From NCBI RefSeq assembly GCF_009914755.1, contig NC_060927.1: a stretch of DNA of 64,000 nt; one strand, 5' to 3'. The notes under the pieces were generated by a model. It worked only from the letters and a program-made list of their open reading frames with translations, did not search any database and was not told the DNA's origin. The position numbers were made by a program, and so were the translations under genes. Shown in pieces: positions 16,801 to 30,487 of the stretch; positions within the stretch are counted from its first letter, which is position 1, and the number at the start of each line of letters is the position of its first letter. The DNA is from the human T2T-CHM13v2.0 reference genome, Homo sapiens.

Positions 16801-18142
16801 TTCCAGCAACCTGAATGATGACAGTAGTGCAATGAGGAAGCCATATACCTGCAGTACAGAGTCAGACCTCAATACATGCTTGCTGAAGGGAGGACAGGAG
16901 CATAGCATATTCAGCCAGGCCATTGGCACAATCAGGCTGTGAACATTTGTTTTCACAGCTGGGCATAGCATACCTCTAGGTGCTGGGGGTTCAAAAAGGA
17001 ATACCTGTGAAGATACTTGTGAGGTCACAGATATGGAAATGGATGATTAGGAGGCAGTGTGGTAAGTTCTATGTGAGGGGCAGGCTCTGAGCATAGCAGC
17101 TTTGAAGAGGCAGGTTAGGCTTCCTGGAGGAGGTGATGTCAAAGGGGGATCAGAAGGACAAGTAGGAGTTATCCAGGGAGAGGGGGCTGAATGCCAGATC
17201 TAGGGGAATATTCATGCACTAGTGGATATTCTGGGCCATCAGGGGGTTCAGTGTGGGTGAGGTGCATGGTGTAAGAGGCAGGAACATCAAGGTTTGAGAC
17301 TGGAAAGATAAGCAGCATTAGCTGGTTGGATTGAGATGAGTTGGGCTAAATTGGGTTCCATGCCTTCAGTTCTGGCCAGCTCATGTCACCCATAGCACAT
17401 TCTTACCACAAAGGTCACCTGTGTGTCCTTGAATAACACTCCTCCCTGGATTAGTCAATTATACACTGCTTTGGTGCCCAGAGCTATGAAAGGTCACAGA
17501 GGCCCAAATTCCTGCCCCAGGGAACACATGATCACTTTCTATTAGAGGACTGTTAACTAACTTGGGGACCATATTTCAAAACTGTCACATGGAGATTTAG
17601 GGAAAACCTCCTGGAAGAAGTGGCTTGGCTAAGTTTTGAAAAGTGCATAGGGGTGAGAACAGGGAGAGAAGAGGAAAGAGGACATGCTGTGGAGGGGCCA
17701 GCAAACGAGAAACTCAGGAGGCAGAAAATCTCAGGTCTGATTCAAAGGACTCTGGCTCAAGAGGGGAAAGTGTGTGCTAAGATGGGTGGTGGGAAAGGCA
17801 GAGGAGGGAGGCAAAGGTCTTTGTGTGTTAAGCTATAGAATTTGAAATTAGTGTTGAATGCAGAAATAATGAAAGATTTTAAGCAGGGGAATAAGGTCAT
17901 TGGTGGATTCACTAGGATGCTCTTGGCTGCCAGTAACAGAGCACATGACTAAAGTGGCTTACATAGAGGGAGGCTGATAATTTCTGTTAGGAAGGTAGTT
18001 CTAGGGCTGATGCAGCAAATTCTACCAGCCTCAGCACCTCTGTGGCATCATTCCTCATAATTACAAGGTAGCTGCTATGGCTCCAAGCATCATGGCTTTA
18101 TTACAGCATGCAAAACAGGAAACAAGGATACACATATCTATA

Positions 18143-18238
18143 CCGGTGGCTCTCATTGGGTGCAATTTTGCCACGTCTGAAAGCATTTTTGGTTATCACA
18201 ACTTGGGAGCAGCTGCTGGCATCTAGTAAGTACAGGCT
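18143..18238 (+). mobile_element. MER20 fragment
   Basis: ATTTTTGGTTATCACAACTTGGG...GCTGGCATCTAGT. Confidence 0.6.
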
Positions 18239-18651
18239 TGCTTGCTTTCTTCTTGATATATCTTTAGTTCCTGGAATTTTCCTTTCCATTGTTATGTTAA
18301 ATGCAGTGTCTTTTTTCCCTTTCAGTTTTTCAAAGGAGAATTACTTTGATTGATCTTGTTATTATGATAGAGCAGTGATGGTGGGAAGTTGGGGAAGTGT
18401 TGTCAACTTACAATAAATGCAGTTTGTCTATAGTCAACCCAGACATTGAAATATTGTCTCTGATATTTCCGCTGGAGGTTTCTGGTTTGGCCTGATTCTT
18501 TTAAAGATGCCGAGCCAACCTGATATTTTTTCTTCCTAAACAGCTTCCTTTTCCTGTTTCTTGTTTACCATGCTATCTGCCATCAGCCTTGTTTTTTTCC
18601 AAAATCAGAATTTGTTCTCTGCTGTTAGCTGCGGGTGTCAACATCATGGAC

Positions 18652-18675
18652 GTGTGTGTGTGTGTGTGTGTGTGT
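18652..18675 (+). repeat. (GT)n microsatellite
   Basis: About 12 GT units. Confidence 0.95.
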
Positions 18676-21600
18676 ATGGTTTCTTATATATTTTCATGTC
18701 AACACAATTTAGCTGACAAAATTCTAGCCTCTTTCAATAACAAAGTTGTGGTTTTCCTTCCAGCATGAAATCAACAGCTGAAAAGAACAGTATAGTAAAA
18801 ATACTAAACCAATGTACCATGCTGAAAATCTGTACCAAGTGAGTTATTGAAAAATGAATATCATATGTTTAAATAATCCAAAGGTCAAAGAAGTCTCAAG
18901 GGCAATAAAAATATACATGGAATGAAATAAAAATGAAAATACAAAATATCAAACTTTGTGAGACACAGCTAAAGTATTGCTGAGAAAACAATTTATATCA
19001 CTAAATGCTTACATTAAAAAAGAGAAAATGTCTCACATAAATAATCTAAGCTCTTATCTCAAGAATCTACAAAAAGAAGAGCAAAATAAACCCAAAGTAA
19101 GTAGAAAAAAAGGAAAAAAATAAGGAGCAAAATTAATAAAACTGAAAACATAAAAAAGAAATGACACAAAAAGATTGTTCTTTGAAAAGATCAATAAAAG
19201 TGATAAACCTTTAGAAAGACCCACCAAATAAAAAAAGAAAGACACAAATTAGCAATATCAGGAATGAAACAGGGAGTATCACTACAGACCCTGCAGACAT
19301 CAAAGGATAATAATCAAATACAGTTGACAGCTAACCCTTGTACGGGGGGGTTAGACATGGTAACCTCCTCTATCTCCATGCAGTTGAAAATCTGCATATA
19401 ACATTTGACTCTCCCAAAACTTAACTATTAATAGCCTACTATTGACCAAAGCTTTACCATAACATAAATAGTGGATTAATACATATTTTGTATGTTATAT
19501 GTATTACATGCTGTATTCTTACAATAAAGTAAGCTAGAGAAAAGAAAATATTAAGAAAATAACCTCTCTTGGTAAGTCTAGCTAGCAATTTATTAATTTT
19601 ATTTTTTCAAATAACCAACTTTCTGTGCTATTGATAATTTGTATTGTTTTCTTTTGTTTTAATTTCATTTAGTTCTGCTCTCATCTTTATTTCTTTTCTT
19701 CTGCTAGTTTTGGGTTTGTTTTTTTCTTCTTTTTCTAGTTCCTTGAGGTGTGATGTTAGGTTGTTAATTTGCGATCTATTTTTTTTTTTGGATGTAGAAG
19801 TTTAATGCTATAAACTTCTCTCTTAGCACTGCTTTTGTTGTATCCCAGAGGTTTTGGTATGTTGTGTTTCCATTTTCATTCATCTCAAAAAATTTTTAAA
19901 TTTTCATCATTGACCCAAGATTATTCAGGAGCATGTTACTTAATTTCATGTATTTTTATAGTTTCCAGAGTTCTTGTTATTGATTTCTAGTTTTATTCCA
20001 CTATGATCTGAGAATATACTTGATATGATTTTGATCTTTAAAAATGCATTGAGACTTGGTTTGCAGCCTCACAGATGATCTATCTTGGAGAATGTTCCAT
20101 ATGCTGATGAGAAGAAGGTATATTCTATAGTTTTGAGTGGAATGTTCTGTAAATGTCTATTAGGTCCATTTGGTCTAAAGTCCAATTTAAGTCCAATGTT
20201 TCTTTGTTAATTTTCTGTCTCAATGATCTATCTAATGCTGTAGGTGGGATGCTGAAGTCCCTCACTATTATTGTGTTATTGTCCATCTCTTTCTTTAGAT
20301 CTAGTAATATTTGTTTTATTAATCTGAGTGCTGTGGTGTTGGCTGCATATATATTTAGGATTGTTATATTCTTTTGTTGAATTGATCCCTTTATCATTAT
20401 ATATAATGACCCTTGGGTTTTTTTAAGGTGTGTTTTATCTGATACAACTATAGCTACTCCTGCTTCCTTTTGGTTTCTGTTTGTGTGGAATATCTTTTTC
20501 CACCCCTTTACTTTCAGTATATATGTGTCTACCAAAAAGTTGAGTTCCTCGTAAGCAGCATGCAGTTTGATCTTGTTTTTTTAATCCATTATGTCAGTCT
20601 TTATCTTGTAAGTGGAACATTTAATCCACTTACATTCAAGGTTAATATTGATATGTGACATTTTGTTCCTGTCATATTGTTAATTGTTATCTAGTTGTTT
20701 TATCAATTCTTGGCTTTTTCTTCCTTTGTCTGTTGTCTTTGTGGTTTGGTGGTATTCTGTCATGTTGCCATTTGATTCCTTCCTCTTCCTCCTTTGTGTA
20801 ATTGTTTTATGAAACCTGTGAGTTTTTATATTCTCATGTGGTTTTATGATGGTGAATACCAACCTTTTGTTTCCATCTTTAGTACTCCTTTGAGCATTTC
20901 TTGTACAAAAGAAGAGAGGAGATCCAAATAAACATACTCAGAAATGAAAATGAGACATTGCAACTGATACCACAGAAATACAAAAGATCATTAGAGACTA
21001 TTATGAACAACTATATAGTCATAAACTAGAAACCTAGAGGAAATGGATAAATTCCTGGAAATATACAGCCTACTGATATTAAACAAGGAAGAAATAGAAA
21101 TTCTGAACATACAAATAACAAGTAATGAGAATGCATCGATAATAAAAAAAATTGCCAGATTTTTTATTCCAAAAAATCCCAGGCCCAGGTGGCTTTTTTT
21201 TAAGTTTCAAAAAAAGGCCAGCACCAGATGGATTCACAGATGAAGTCTGCCAAATGTAAAGAGAAGAACTGTACCAATCTTCCTGATACTGTTCTAAAAA
21301 ATTGAGGAGGGAATTCACCCTGACTCATTCCACAAAGCCAGTATCACCCTGATACTAAAGACAAGGATACAAGAAGAAAAGAAAACTACAGAGCAACATT
21401 CCCCGTGAACATAGATACAAAAATCCTCAACAAAATACTAGCAAATAGAATCCAAGAGCATATCCAAAAGATAATACAGGATGATCAACTGGGTTTTATT
21501 CCAAGGATACAAGGATGATTCAACATATGCAAATCAATACATGTGATTCACCACATAAACAGAACTAAGGACATAAGCCATATGATCATCTCAATAGATA

Positions 21601-22012
21601 TAGAAAAACCATCTGATAAAATTCAGCATCACCTCATGATAAAAACACTCAACAAACTAGGCACAGAAGGAACATACCATAAAATAATAAAGCCCCATAT
21701 ATGACAAACCCATAGCCAACCTCATACTGAACGGTGGAAAGTTGAAAGCATTCCCTCCAAGAACTGGAACAAGTCAAGAATGTCCACATTTACCACTCCT
21801 ATTTAACATAATACTGGAAGTCCTAGCCAGAGGAATGAGGCAAGAGAAACAAATTTTAAAAATCCACATTGGAAAAGAGGTAGTAAAATTATTTCTGCTT
21901 GCTGAGGTTATGATCTTATATCTAGAAAATACTAAATCCTTTAGATTTAATAAATGAATTCAGTAAAGTTTCAGGATACAAAATCAACAGACAAAAATCA
22001 GTAGCATTTCTA

Positions 22013-22408
<396 letters not shown>

Positions 22409-23182
22409 TCCTGGAAATAAATTTAACCAAGGAGGTGAAAGAGCTCTACAAGAAAAGCAGCAAAACACTGATGAAAGAAATTATAGATGACCCAAATAAA
22501 AGGACAAATATCTCATGTTCATGGATCAGAAGAATTAATATTGTCAAAATGACCATACTGCCCACAGAAATCTACAGATTCAATGCAATTCCTATCATTA
22601 GAAAAATGATGTTGATAATTTATTGGAATTAGAAACAAATTCTAAAATTTGTATGCAACCAAAAAAGAGCCTGAATAGCTAAAGTATTCCTAAGCAAAAT
22701 GAACAAAGCTGGAGGCATCACATTATCTGAGTTCAAATTATACTACAAGGCTATAGTAACCAAAACAGCATGGTACTAGTATAAAGGTAGACATATAGAT
22801 CAGTATGACAGAATAGAGAACCCAGAAATAAAACCACATATTTAGAGACAATTGATCTTTGACAGAGCTGACAAAAACACACACTGGGGAAAAGATACCC
22901 TGTTCAATAAATGGTGCTGGAAAAATTGAATTGCGATATGCAGAAGAATGAAATTGGAACCATATCTCTCACCACATAAAAAAATCAACTCAAGATAGAT
23001 TCAAGACTTAAATATAAGACTCAAAACTATAAAAATACTAGAAGAAAACCTAGGAAAAACGAGACATTGGTATAGGCAAAGAATTAATGACTAATATCTC
23101 AAAAGTACATATGACAAAGACAAAAATAGACAAGTGGGACTTAGTTAAACTCTTCTGCACACCAAAAGAAATAAATAACAGA

Positions 23183-23480
23183 TGCTGGGTGCAGTGGTTC
23201 ACATCTATAATCCCAACACTTTGGGAGGCTGAGGCGGGCAGATCACTTGAGGCCTGGAGTTCCAGACCAGCTTGGCCAACATGGCAAAATCCCATCTCTA
23301 CTAAAATATTAGCTGGGCATGGTGGCACACACCTGTAATCCCAGCTACTTGGGAGGCTGAGGCATGAGAATTGCTTGAAGCCTGAGAGCCGGAGGTTGCA
23401 GTGAGCTGAGATCATGCCACTGTACTTCATCCTGAGAGACAGAGTGAGATTCTTAAACAAAAAACAAAAAACAAAAACAA
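23183..23480 (+). mobile_element. AluS inside L1PB
   Basis: Dimer. TSD AGAAATAAA(T/C)AACAGA. Confidence 0.87.
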
Positions 23481-24084
23481 CAGAAATAAACAACAGAGTG
23501 GACAGAGAGCCTGCAGAATGGGAGAAAATATTTGCGACTTATGCATCTGACAGGGGACTAATATCCAGAATTTACAAGGAATTCAAACAACTCAACAACA
23601 ACAAAATACAAATAACCCCATTAAAAAGTGGGCAAAGGACATGAATAGACATTTTAAAAGAAGATATACAAATGACCAAAAAGCATATGAAAAAATGCTC
23701 ATTATTACAAATCATCAGAGAAATGCAGATGAAAACCAGAACATGATACCATCTTACACCAATCAGAATGGCAATTAAAAAAAAAAAACCCAACAGATAC
23801 TGGTGAAGATGTGAAGAAAAGGGAACTCTTATACATTGTTGGTGGGAATGTAAATTAGTACAACCTCTTTGGAAAATAATATGGAGATTTCTCAAAGAAC
23901 TAAAAGTAGAACTACCATTGAATCCAGCAACCCCACTACTGGGTATCTACCCAAAGGAAAAGAAAATAGTTATATCAGAGATAACTTGCACATGCATGTT
24001 TATCACAGCACAATTTACAATATATATGCAATGGAATTATTATTCAGCCATAAAGCAGCAACACGAATGGAACTGAAGGCCATC

Positions 24085-24199
24085 TTTTTTTTTTTTTTTT
24101 TTTTTTTTTTGAGACAGGGTCTCTTTTCTGTTGCCCAGGCTAGAGTGCAATGGCACAATCATGACTCATTGCAGCCTCAACCCCCAAGGCTCAAGTGAT
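24085..24199 (-). mobile_element. 5'-truncated AluJ (3' end)
   Basis: Poly-T plus the right-arm end. Approximate TSD AGGCCAT/AGGTCAT. Confidence 0.8.
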
Positions 24200-26110
24200 A
24201 GAGGTCATTATCTTAAGTAAAACAACTCAGAAACAGAAAGTCAAATACTGCACGTTCTCCTTCATAAGTGGGAGCTAAATAATGTATACACATGGACATA
24301 GAATGTGGAGTAATACACACTGGAGACTCAGAAGAACGGGAGGTAGTGGTGGGGGGTGAAGGATGAGAAATTATTTAATGGGTACAATGTACATTATTTG
24401 GGTGATAGATACACTAGAAGCCAAGACGTCATCATTATGTAATATATCCATGTAACAATGCAATTGTACCACTTAAATTTATATTTTAAAAAAAATCATA
24501 AGGAAGAAAAATATATTTACTATTCATTATGTGGAAGTAGGTCATCATAAAGGCTTTCATCCTCATTGTCTTCACACTGAGTAGGCTAAAGGAGGAAGAG
24601 GAAGAGGAGGGGTTGGTCTTACTGTTTCAGGGGTGGCAAAGGTAGACGAAATTTTGGATTTAAGTGGACCTTCCCAGTTTAAACCCATGTTGTTCAAGAA
24701 TCAACTGTACTGTGAACAACTCTACACACATAAAACTTGTCAACTTAGATGAGATAAACCCACTCTTCAAAAAGCACAGACTACTATAACTCATCTATGA
24801 AACAGATAATTTGAATAGCCCTGTAACTACTAAGGACATTGAATTCATAATTAAAATCTCCCAAGAAAAAAATTTCCAGGCCCAGAGAGTTTAACTGGAA
24901 ACTATTTCAAATATTTAAAGAATAATTAGCACTTTGAAAAGGAATGAAATGGGAAGAATCACTCTACCCAATTTTAAGACTTATTTCATAGCTATAGTAA
25001 TATGTGATATTGGCAGAGGGACAGACACAAAGATTAATGGAAGAGAGTTAAAAAAACCCAGAAGTAGCCCCACACAAGTATGGCCCACTGGTTTTTGACA
25101 GTGGTGCCAAAGCAAGTCAATGAGGGAAGGATAGTCTTTTCAACAAATAGTGCTAGAGCAACTAGATGCTCATAGACCAAAAAAAAAAAAAAAAAAAAAA
25201 CAACAAAAATCAAAACCAAGAAACCTCAATCTAAACCTTTGACCTTATACACAAATTAACTCAAATTGGATCATTGATATAAATGTAATGGATAAACTAT
25301 AAAACTTTAAGAAGAAAACATAAGAGAAAATCTTTGAGACCTAAATCTTGGTGAAGAGTTCTTGGACATAACACCAAAAATATAATACATAAAAGAAAGA
25401 ATAGATAAACTATTAAAATGAAAAACATTTGCCCTGCAAAAGGCCCTGTTAAGACCATCTCCAGAATGGGAGAAAATATTTTCCAACCACATATCAGACA
25501 AATAGCTCATGTCTAAAATATATATAGAATCCTCAAAATTCAACATTTAAAAAGAAAACAAAACAAACAAACAAAAAACAACCAATTCAGTTAAAAAATA
25601 GGAAATGACTTGAAGAGACATTTCATGGAAGAGGATTTTTCAAATGGCAAATGAGCACATGAAAATATATTCAATGTCACTAGCTACAAGGGAAAGGCAA
25701 ATTAAGACCATGATAAGATATTATCACATATGTATCATAATAGTTAAAACAGTAAAAATAGTGGCAATACCAAATTCTGACAAGGATGTGGAAAAATCTA
25801 GATATCTCATACTTTGCTATCTAGTTTGGGGAATGTAACATGGCATAGCCACTCTGAAAAGAGTATAGCAGCCTCTTAAAAACCAAGCACGCACCATATG
25901 TGTTAGTCAGGGTTCTCCAGGAAAAAGAGCCAACAGGATAGATAGTGCTGGCCTGGGCCACCAAGATTTTTTAACAGTCACCTTCCAACCCTGCCCCAAG
26001 TGATTCCATGAGCAGCTAAGATTAAGAACCACTGCCCAGGGGAGACTTGGATTTTGTATGCAAAACAATTACTCCATGTGGTCCTACAATTTAGGCAAAT
26101 TTGAAAGATA

Positions 26111-26335
26111 CCCTTGTCTCTACCATCTGACATACCACCCACACTCAGCACTTGGCCAGCTCTGGGAACCCCTTGTATTCTTCTGGCTTTGAGAGAAATT
26201 GTTGAATGTAAGGTATGAGTCCTGCTGAAATCTGGGCCGTTCCTACTTCTTGGCTGAATATTTTGTCTGAGCTGGCCCCACATTGGCTCAAGTAAAGTCT
26301 TCAAAATTATTAATATATTTTGTGCCTCAGCTTCC
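26111..26335 (+). repeat. Permuted local copy of the provirus leader (28156-28321) followed by the 5'LTR end (28041-28105)
   Basis: Direct match, e.g. CTTTGAGAGAAATTGTTGAATGTAAGGTATGAGTCCTGCTGA and TTGGCTCAAGTAAAGTCTTCAAAATTAT. Confidence 0.9.
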
Positions 26336-27018
26336 TCAGCTGTAAAATGAGAAAGACACTCATCTTGCAGAGTTGAGTGCTTTAGATGTGATGTTGGTCA
26401 ATGATTGCCATTTTGTAGAAGCTTAACAAATGGTAGCCATTATTTTGAAAAAAAAAAAAAAAATAGGATATCATTGAAATCAGCAGCAGCAAAGTTAAAA
26501 GACAGAATTGTGGCTCCTGTTTAGTTCACATATTTCCCTGGGAAGGAGGAAAGTTTCTATGCTGGGGCATAGAAAACAAGGGGCTATACCTCAATGGTCC
26601 CAAACTGACCTTATCAGGTTGGCCTTCTTGATAGTTTCACTTTCCAGATGCTAGAGAAATTTGCTGTGGGCCACTGCCCTCTATTGAAGTAATATTGTCA
26701 CTTCTGAGGAAAGAATACTTGGACTTGCCATAGGAGAAGTCAAGGATTGCACTTGAATTTCATCTCACTGGGGTAAAGCTGACCCCTGTGTGAGCACTGA
26801 GAGAGAAAAGAAACTTTTTATGTGAGGAATACAAACCCCTTTAATATATCCAGCCCAGAAAGGCTTTGGAGTAAAAAGCTGTCACATCTCAGTCCCTGCT
26901 TGAGCTAAGTAGTTACCTCTTGAAGCCACTTGCTGTGGGCTCTGGACTAACTGATGCCACGTAGCTATAAAATGCCATATACCATAATCATGGATGCCAC
27001 AACTCATATCCTCTAGCT

Positions 27019-27524
27019 CAGGGGTCCTCAACCTCTGGGACGCAGACCAGTTAGGAACTAGGCTGCACAGCAGGAGGTAAGCAGTGGGCAGGCAAGTGAG
27101 CAAAACTTTATCTGCTGCTACCCATTTCTAGTATTACCACCGGAGGTCCTCCTCCTGTCAGATCAGCAGCAGTATTAGATTCTCATAGAAGTGCAAACCC
27201 TATTGTGAACTGTGCATGCGAGGGACCTAGGTTGCATGCTCCTTACGAAAATCTAATTCCTAATGATCTGCCACTGTCTCCCATCACCTCCAGATGGGAC
27301 CATCTAGTTGCAGGAAAACAAGCTCAGGGCTCTTACTGATTCTACATTATGGTGAGTCATGTATTTCATTATATATTACAATGTAACAATAATAGAAATA
27401 AAGTGCACAATAAATGTAATGCACTTGCTTCATCCCCAAACCATCTCCCCTACTCCTCCTAGGTCTGTGGAAAAATTGTCTTCCATGAAACTCGTCCCTG
27501 GTGCCAAAATTTTGGGGACCACTG
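27019..27524 (+). mobile_element. MER1A (hAT-Charlie MITE), in the 5' LTR only
   Basis: TIRs CAGGGGTCCTCAA / TTGGGGACCACTG. 8-bp TSD CTCTAGCT/CTGTAGCT. Confidence 0.88.
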
Positions 27525-27652
27525 CTGTAGCTCAACAACATAAAGCCAATCACTAATCAATGTTATTTCTGCAAACCAATGAGAATTCCTGTCAAATAGC
27601 TTTGTATCAGTCCACTCCTTGCTCACTTTTTGTCTTTAAAAACCTGCCTGAA

Positions 27653-27972
27653 TGGATGCAGCTGGAGACAATTATTCTAAGTGAATTAACACAGGAACAG
27701 AATACCAAATACCGCACGTTCTCACTTATAAGTGAGAGCTAAACATTAGGCACACAGGGACATAAAGCTGGGAACAACACACATTGGGGACTATTAGAGT
27801 GGGGAGAGAAGGAAAGGGGCAAAGACTGAAAAACCACCTATTGGGTACCATGGTCGCTACCTGGCTGATGGCATCATTTGTACCCCAAACTTCAGCATCA
27901 TGCAATATAGCCATGTAACAAACATGCACATGTAACCCCCTGAATCTAAAATAAAAGTTGAAATTATTTTTT
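27653..27972 (+). mobile_element. L1PA15/16-like 3' end in the 5' LTR
   Basis: TGGATGCAGCTGGAG...CTAAAATAAAAGTTGAAATTATTTT. TSD AAAAACCTGCCTGAA / AAAAAGCCTGCTCGCA. Confidence 0.88.
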
Positions 27973-28126
27973 AAAAAGCCTGCTCGCAACAAAGGCTGGA
28001 TGCGGCACTCCCCAAAGCAACTTGGAAGTGTGTCCTGAGCAGCTGGCCTCATGTTGGCTCAAGTAAAGTCTTCAAAATTATGAATATATTTTGTGCCTCA
28101 TCTTCTTCCTTTGGGGTCAGCATTTT

Positions 28127-28144
28127 TGGTGCCATGAGAAGGAT
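28127..28144 (+). promoter_or_regulatory. Degenerate primer-binding site (His or Leu)
   Basis: TGGTGCCATGAGAAGGAT, 4 nt after the LTR. It matches 14/18 to both the His PBS TGGTGCCGTGACTCGGAT and the Leu PBS TGGTGTCAGGAGTGGGAT. Confidence 0.6.
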
Positions 28145-28998
28145 TCAGAATAACCCCCTTGGCTCTACTATCTGACTTACCTCCCAGACTCAGCGCCTGG
28201 CCAGCTCTGGGAACCTCTTGTATTCTGACTTTGAGAGAAATTGTTGAATGTAAGGTATGAGTCCTGCTGAGATCTGGGCCTTTCCCATTTTTTGGTTGAA
28301 GGTCTAGATTTTGCCTGAGCTATGTTTTCCGATCCTCCCTTACTAGAATGGGAGTTTTCCATCTGTGCCTAATGGGCAGGAGATTTGGGTTCCAGAAAAG
28401 AAAAAGGGTAGGGGGAACAGCGTTTTTTCACCTCTGCCTTGGGGAAGGGAGGTCTGGGTCCAGGCATTGGCAATTTGACATTGGTGGTTTTGCTTTACAT
28501 AGCACGCTTTTAAAATTGCAGCTGCTTCCTATTGTTTGAAATTCAGACTTGGATGTTTCATCTGTGACCAATTCCTATTAGTTCTAAACTGAAAAGTGCA
28601 TGAGAGTGAGTTCTCTTGCTATGGAGAAAGGGCAGTTGCTCACTTTGACCAATTGGAGTGCTCTAGGTGACTGGAGACTTTGCAGAGTTTGCAGAGTCTC
28701 TGCAGACTTTGCAGAGGTGTCAAGGCTGTTGTCTAGGATATAAAGGACGCTCGTAGGGTATTCCTCACCACAAGAACGTTTTTTAGGGACTCGATCATCT
28801 GCATGGGCATAAAATACGGGACTGATCGCTCATACCTTTAGCACTCTGGTGCCACCTGGTGGTTAGAGGCATTCTGAGACAACGTAAGAGAGCAACTCAT
28901 GACTTTTGGGTGACACCTAGAGGAGCAGTGCTCGTAAGCACCACACTTCCACCCAAACACATCCTGGGCCTTGGTCATTTTTAAGAAGTTCCTAAGTT

Positions 28999-30006
28999 AC
29001 GGGAAATCAAGCTTGAAAATCTGAGCGCTCTTTTAAGGGACAACCATTGTTAGAAACACCATCTGGTTTTATGTACAACACTTATGAGACATCCTCTTGT
29101 AAATATCTAGGAAAACGGACCCATATAGCCCAGGATGATCATCAACAATGGCCAAAATGTGGGTCTTTTGAAATGCCCAAAATGATTCATTTGTGTGCAC
29201 AATAGAGAAAAAAGCTGGTTTTAGAACATGAAATAGGATAATTACTTCCAATGGCACCTAGAGTTTTTTTAAGATAAATTCTGAGAAAATTGCCTCAATC
29301 CAAGAGGTAAACAAAAAGATCCTAAATCTATTTCTGAATTTAAAAAGACTTTGAAGCCCTCCTCCCTTCCACTTCCAGCTGTTTCTCCTCATCCTACCCC
29401 TGCACCTTTATATCCTCTCTTATCTCAAGTCCCCTGTCCTGCCCTTCCTTCCCTCCCACTACCACCTTAGGAAATTCCCTAGAACTTGAACCCCCTCCCT
29501 GAAACCCCATTTTGGCAGCCCCTTTTCAGGTAAAACCACAGCAAGAGGTGAGACCACTATTATGTATACCCCTTGGACAAAAACTGAACTGAAGAATATT
29601 ATAAAAGACTTCCCTGACCTGCTCCAAGATCCCATAGGGTTTGCAGAACAATCTGCTTTAATTGTCCAGACTTATAAGCCCAGATATTCTGACCTTTATC
29701 AATTAGTTCACATGCTGGTATGAGAAGGCAGGGCCACTGAATGGCAAAAAAGGCAATCTGGAAAAATCCCTCAGAGGATTTGGAAAAACAAACAGAAGCT
29801 GACCATGAGAAGATCCACACTTTAGCCAAGTCTCTCTGTGATGCCATTTCCTGGGTCTTTCCTCAAATGTAGAGTGGAAGATAATTCAACAATATACTCA
29901 AAGGCCAGATGAATTTGTGCTTAATTATTTTGAACAGTTAAAAAAAAAACCTTTTAACAATATTCTGGAATGGAATGCCTGATGCTAGCCTCCAAGATCA
30001 CCTATA
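28999..30006 (+). pseudogene. gag: Class I ERV gag (MA-CA), decayed
   Basis: (ACG)GNQA*KSE start. Capsid YTPWTKTELKNIIKDFPDLLQDPIGFAEQ and YKPRYSDLYQLVHMLV. Confidence 0.8.
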
Positions 30007-30077
30007 ATCGTGCCACTGTACTCTGGCCTGGGCAACAGAACAAGTCCTTGTCTCAAAAAAAAAAAAAGAAAAAAAAA
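30007..30077 (+). mobile_element. Alu 3' stub at the gag/RNase H deletion junction
   Basis: ATCGTGCCACTGTACTCTGGCCTGGGCAACAG...TCTCAAAA. No TSD. Confidence 0.8.
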
Positions 30078-30277
30078 GCCAACAAGTCTCCAACCTCTTG
30101 GAAGCAGTCCCCAACTGAAATCTCATAAAAATATAAAAATTCCTGGTCATGCCAAATTAGATACTCCAGAGAGCAAAGGCAATCATTTCACTGACAATGC
30201 CGCTAAGAATGCAGTCCTGAAGGTTACATCAGACAATAGATACCTTGAAATGTCCTTACAGACTTATTACCCATTTA

Positions 30278-30487
<210 letters not shown>

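Larger units (their letters stand above)
26798..28122 (+). mobile_element. 5' LTR (contains MER1A and an L1PA 3' fragment)
   Basis: Colinear with 34187-34979 once MER1A is removed. Confidence 0.9.
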
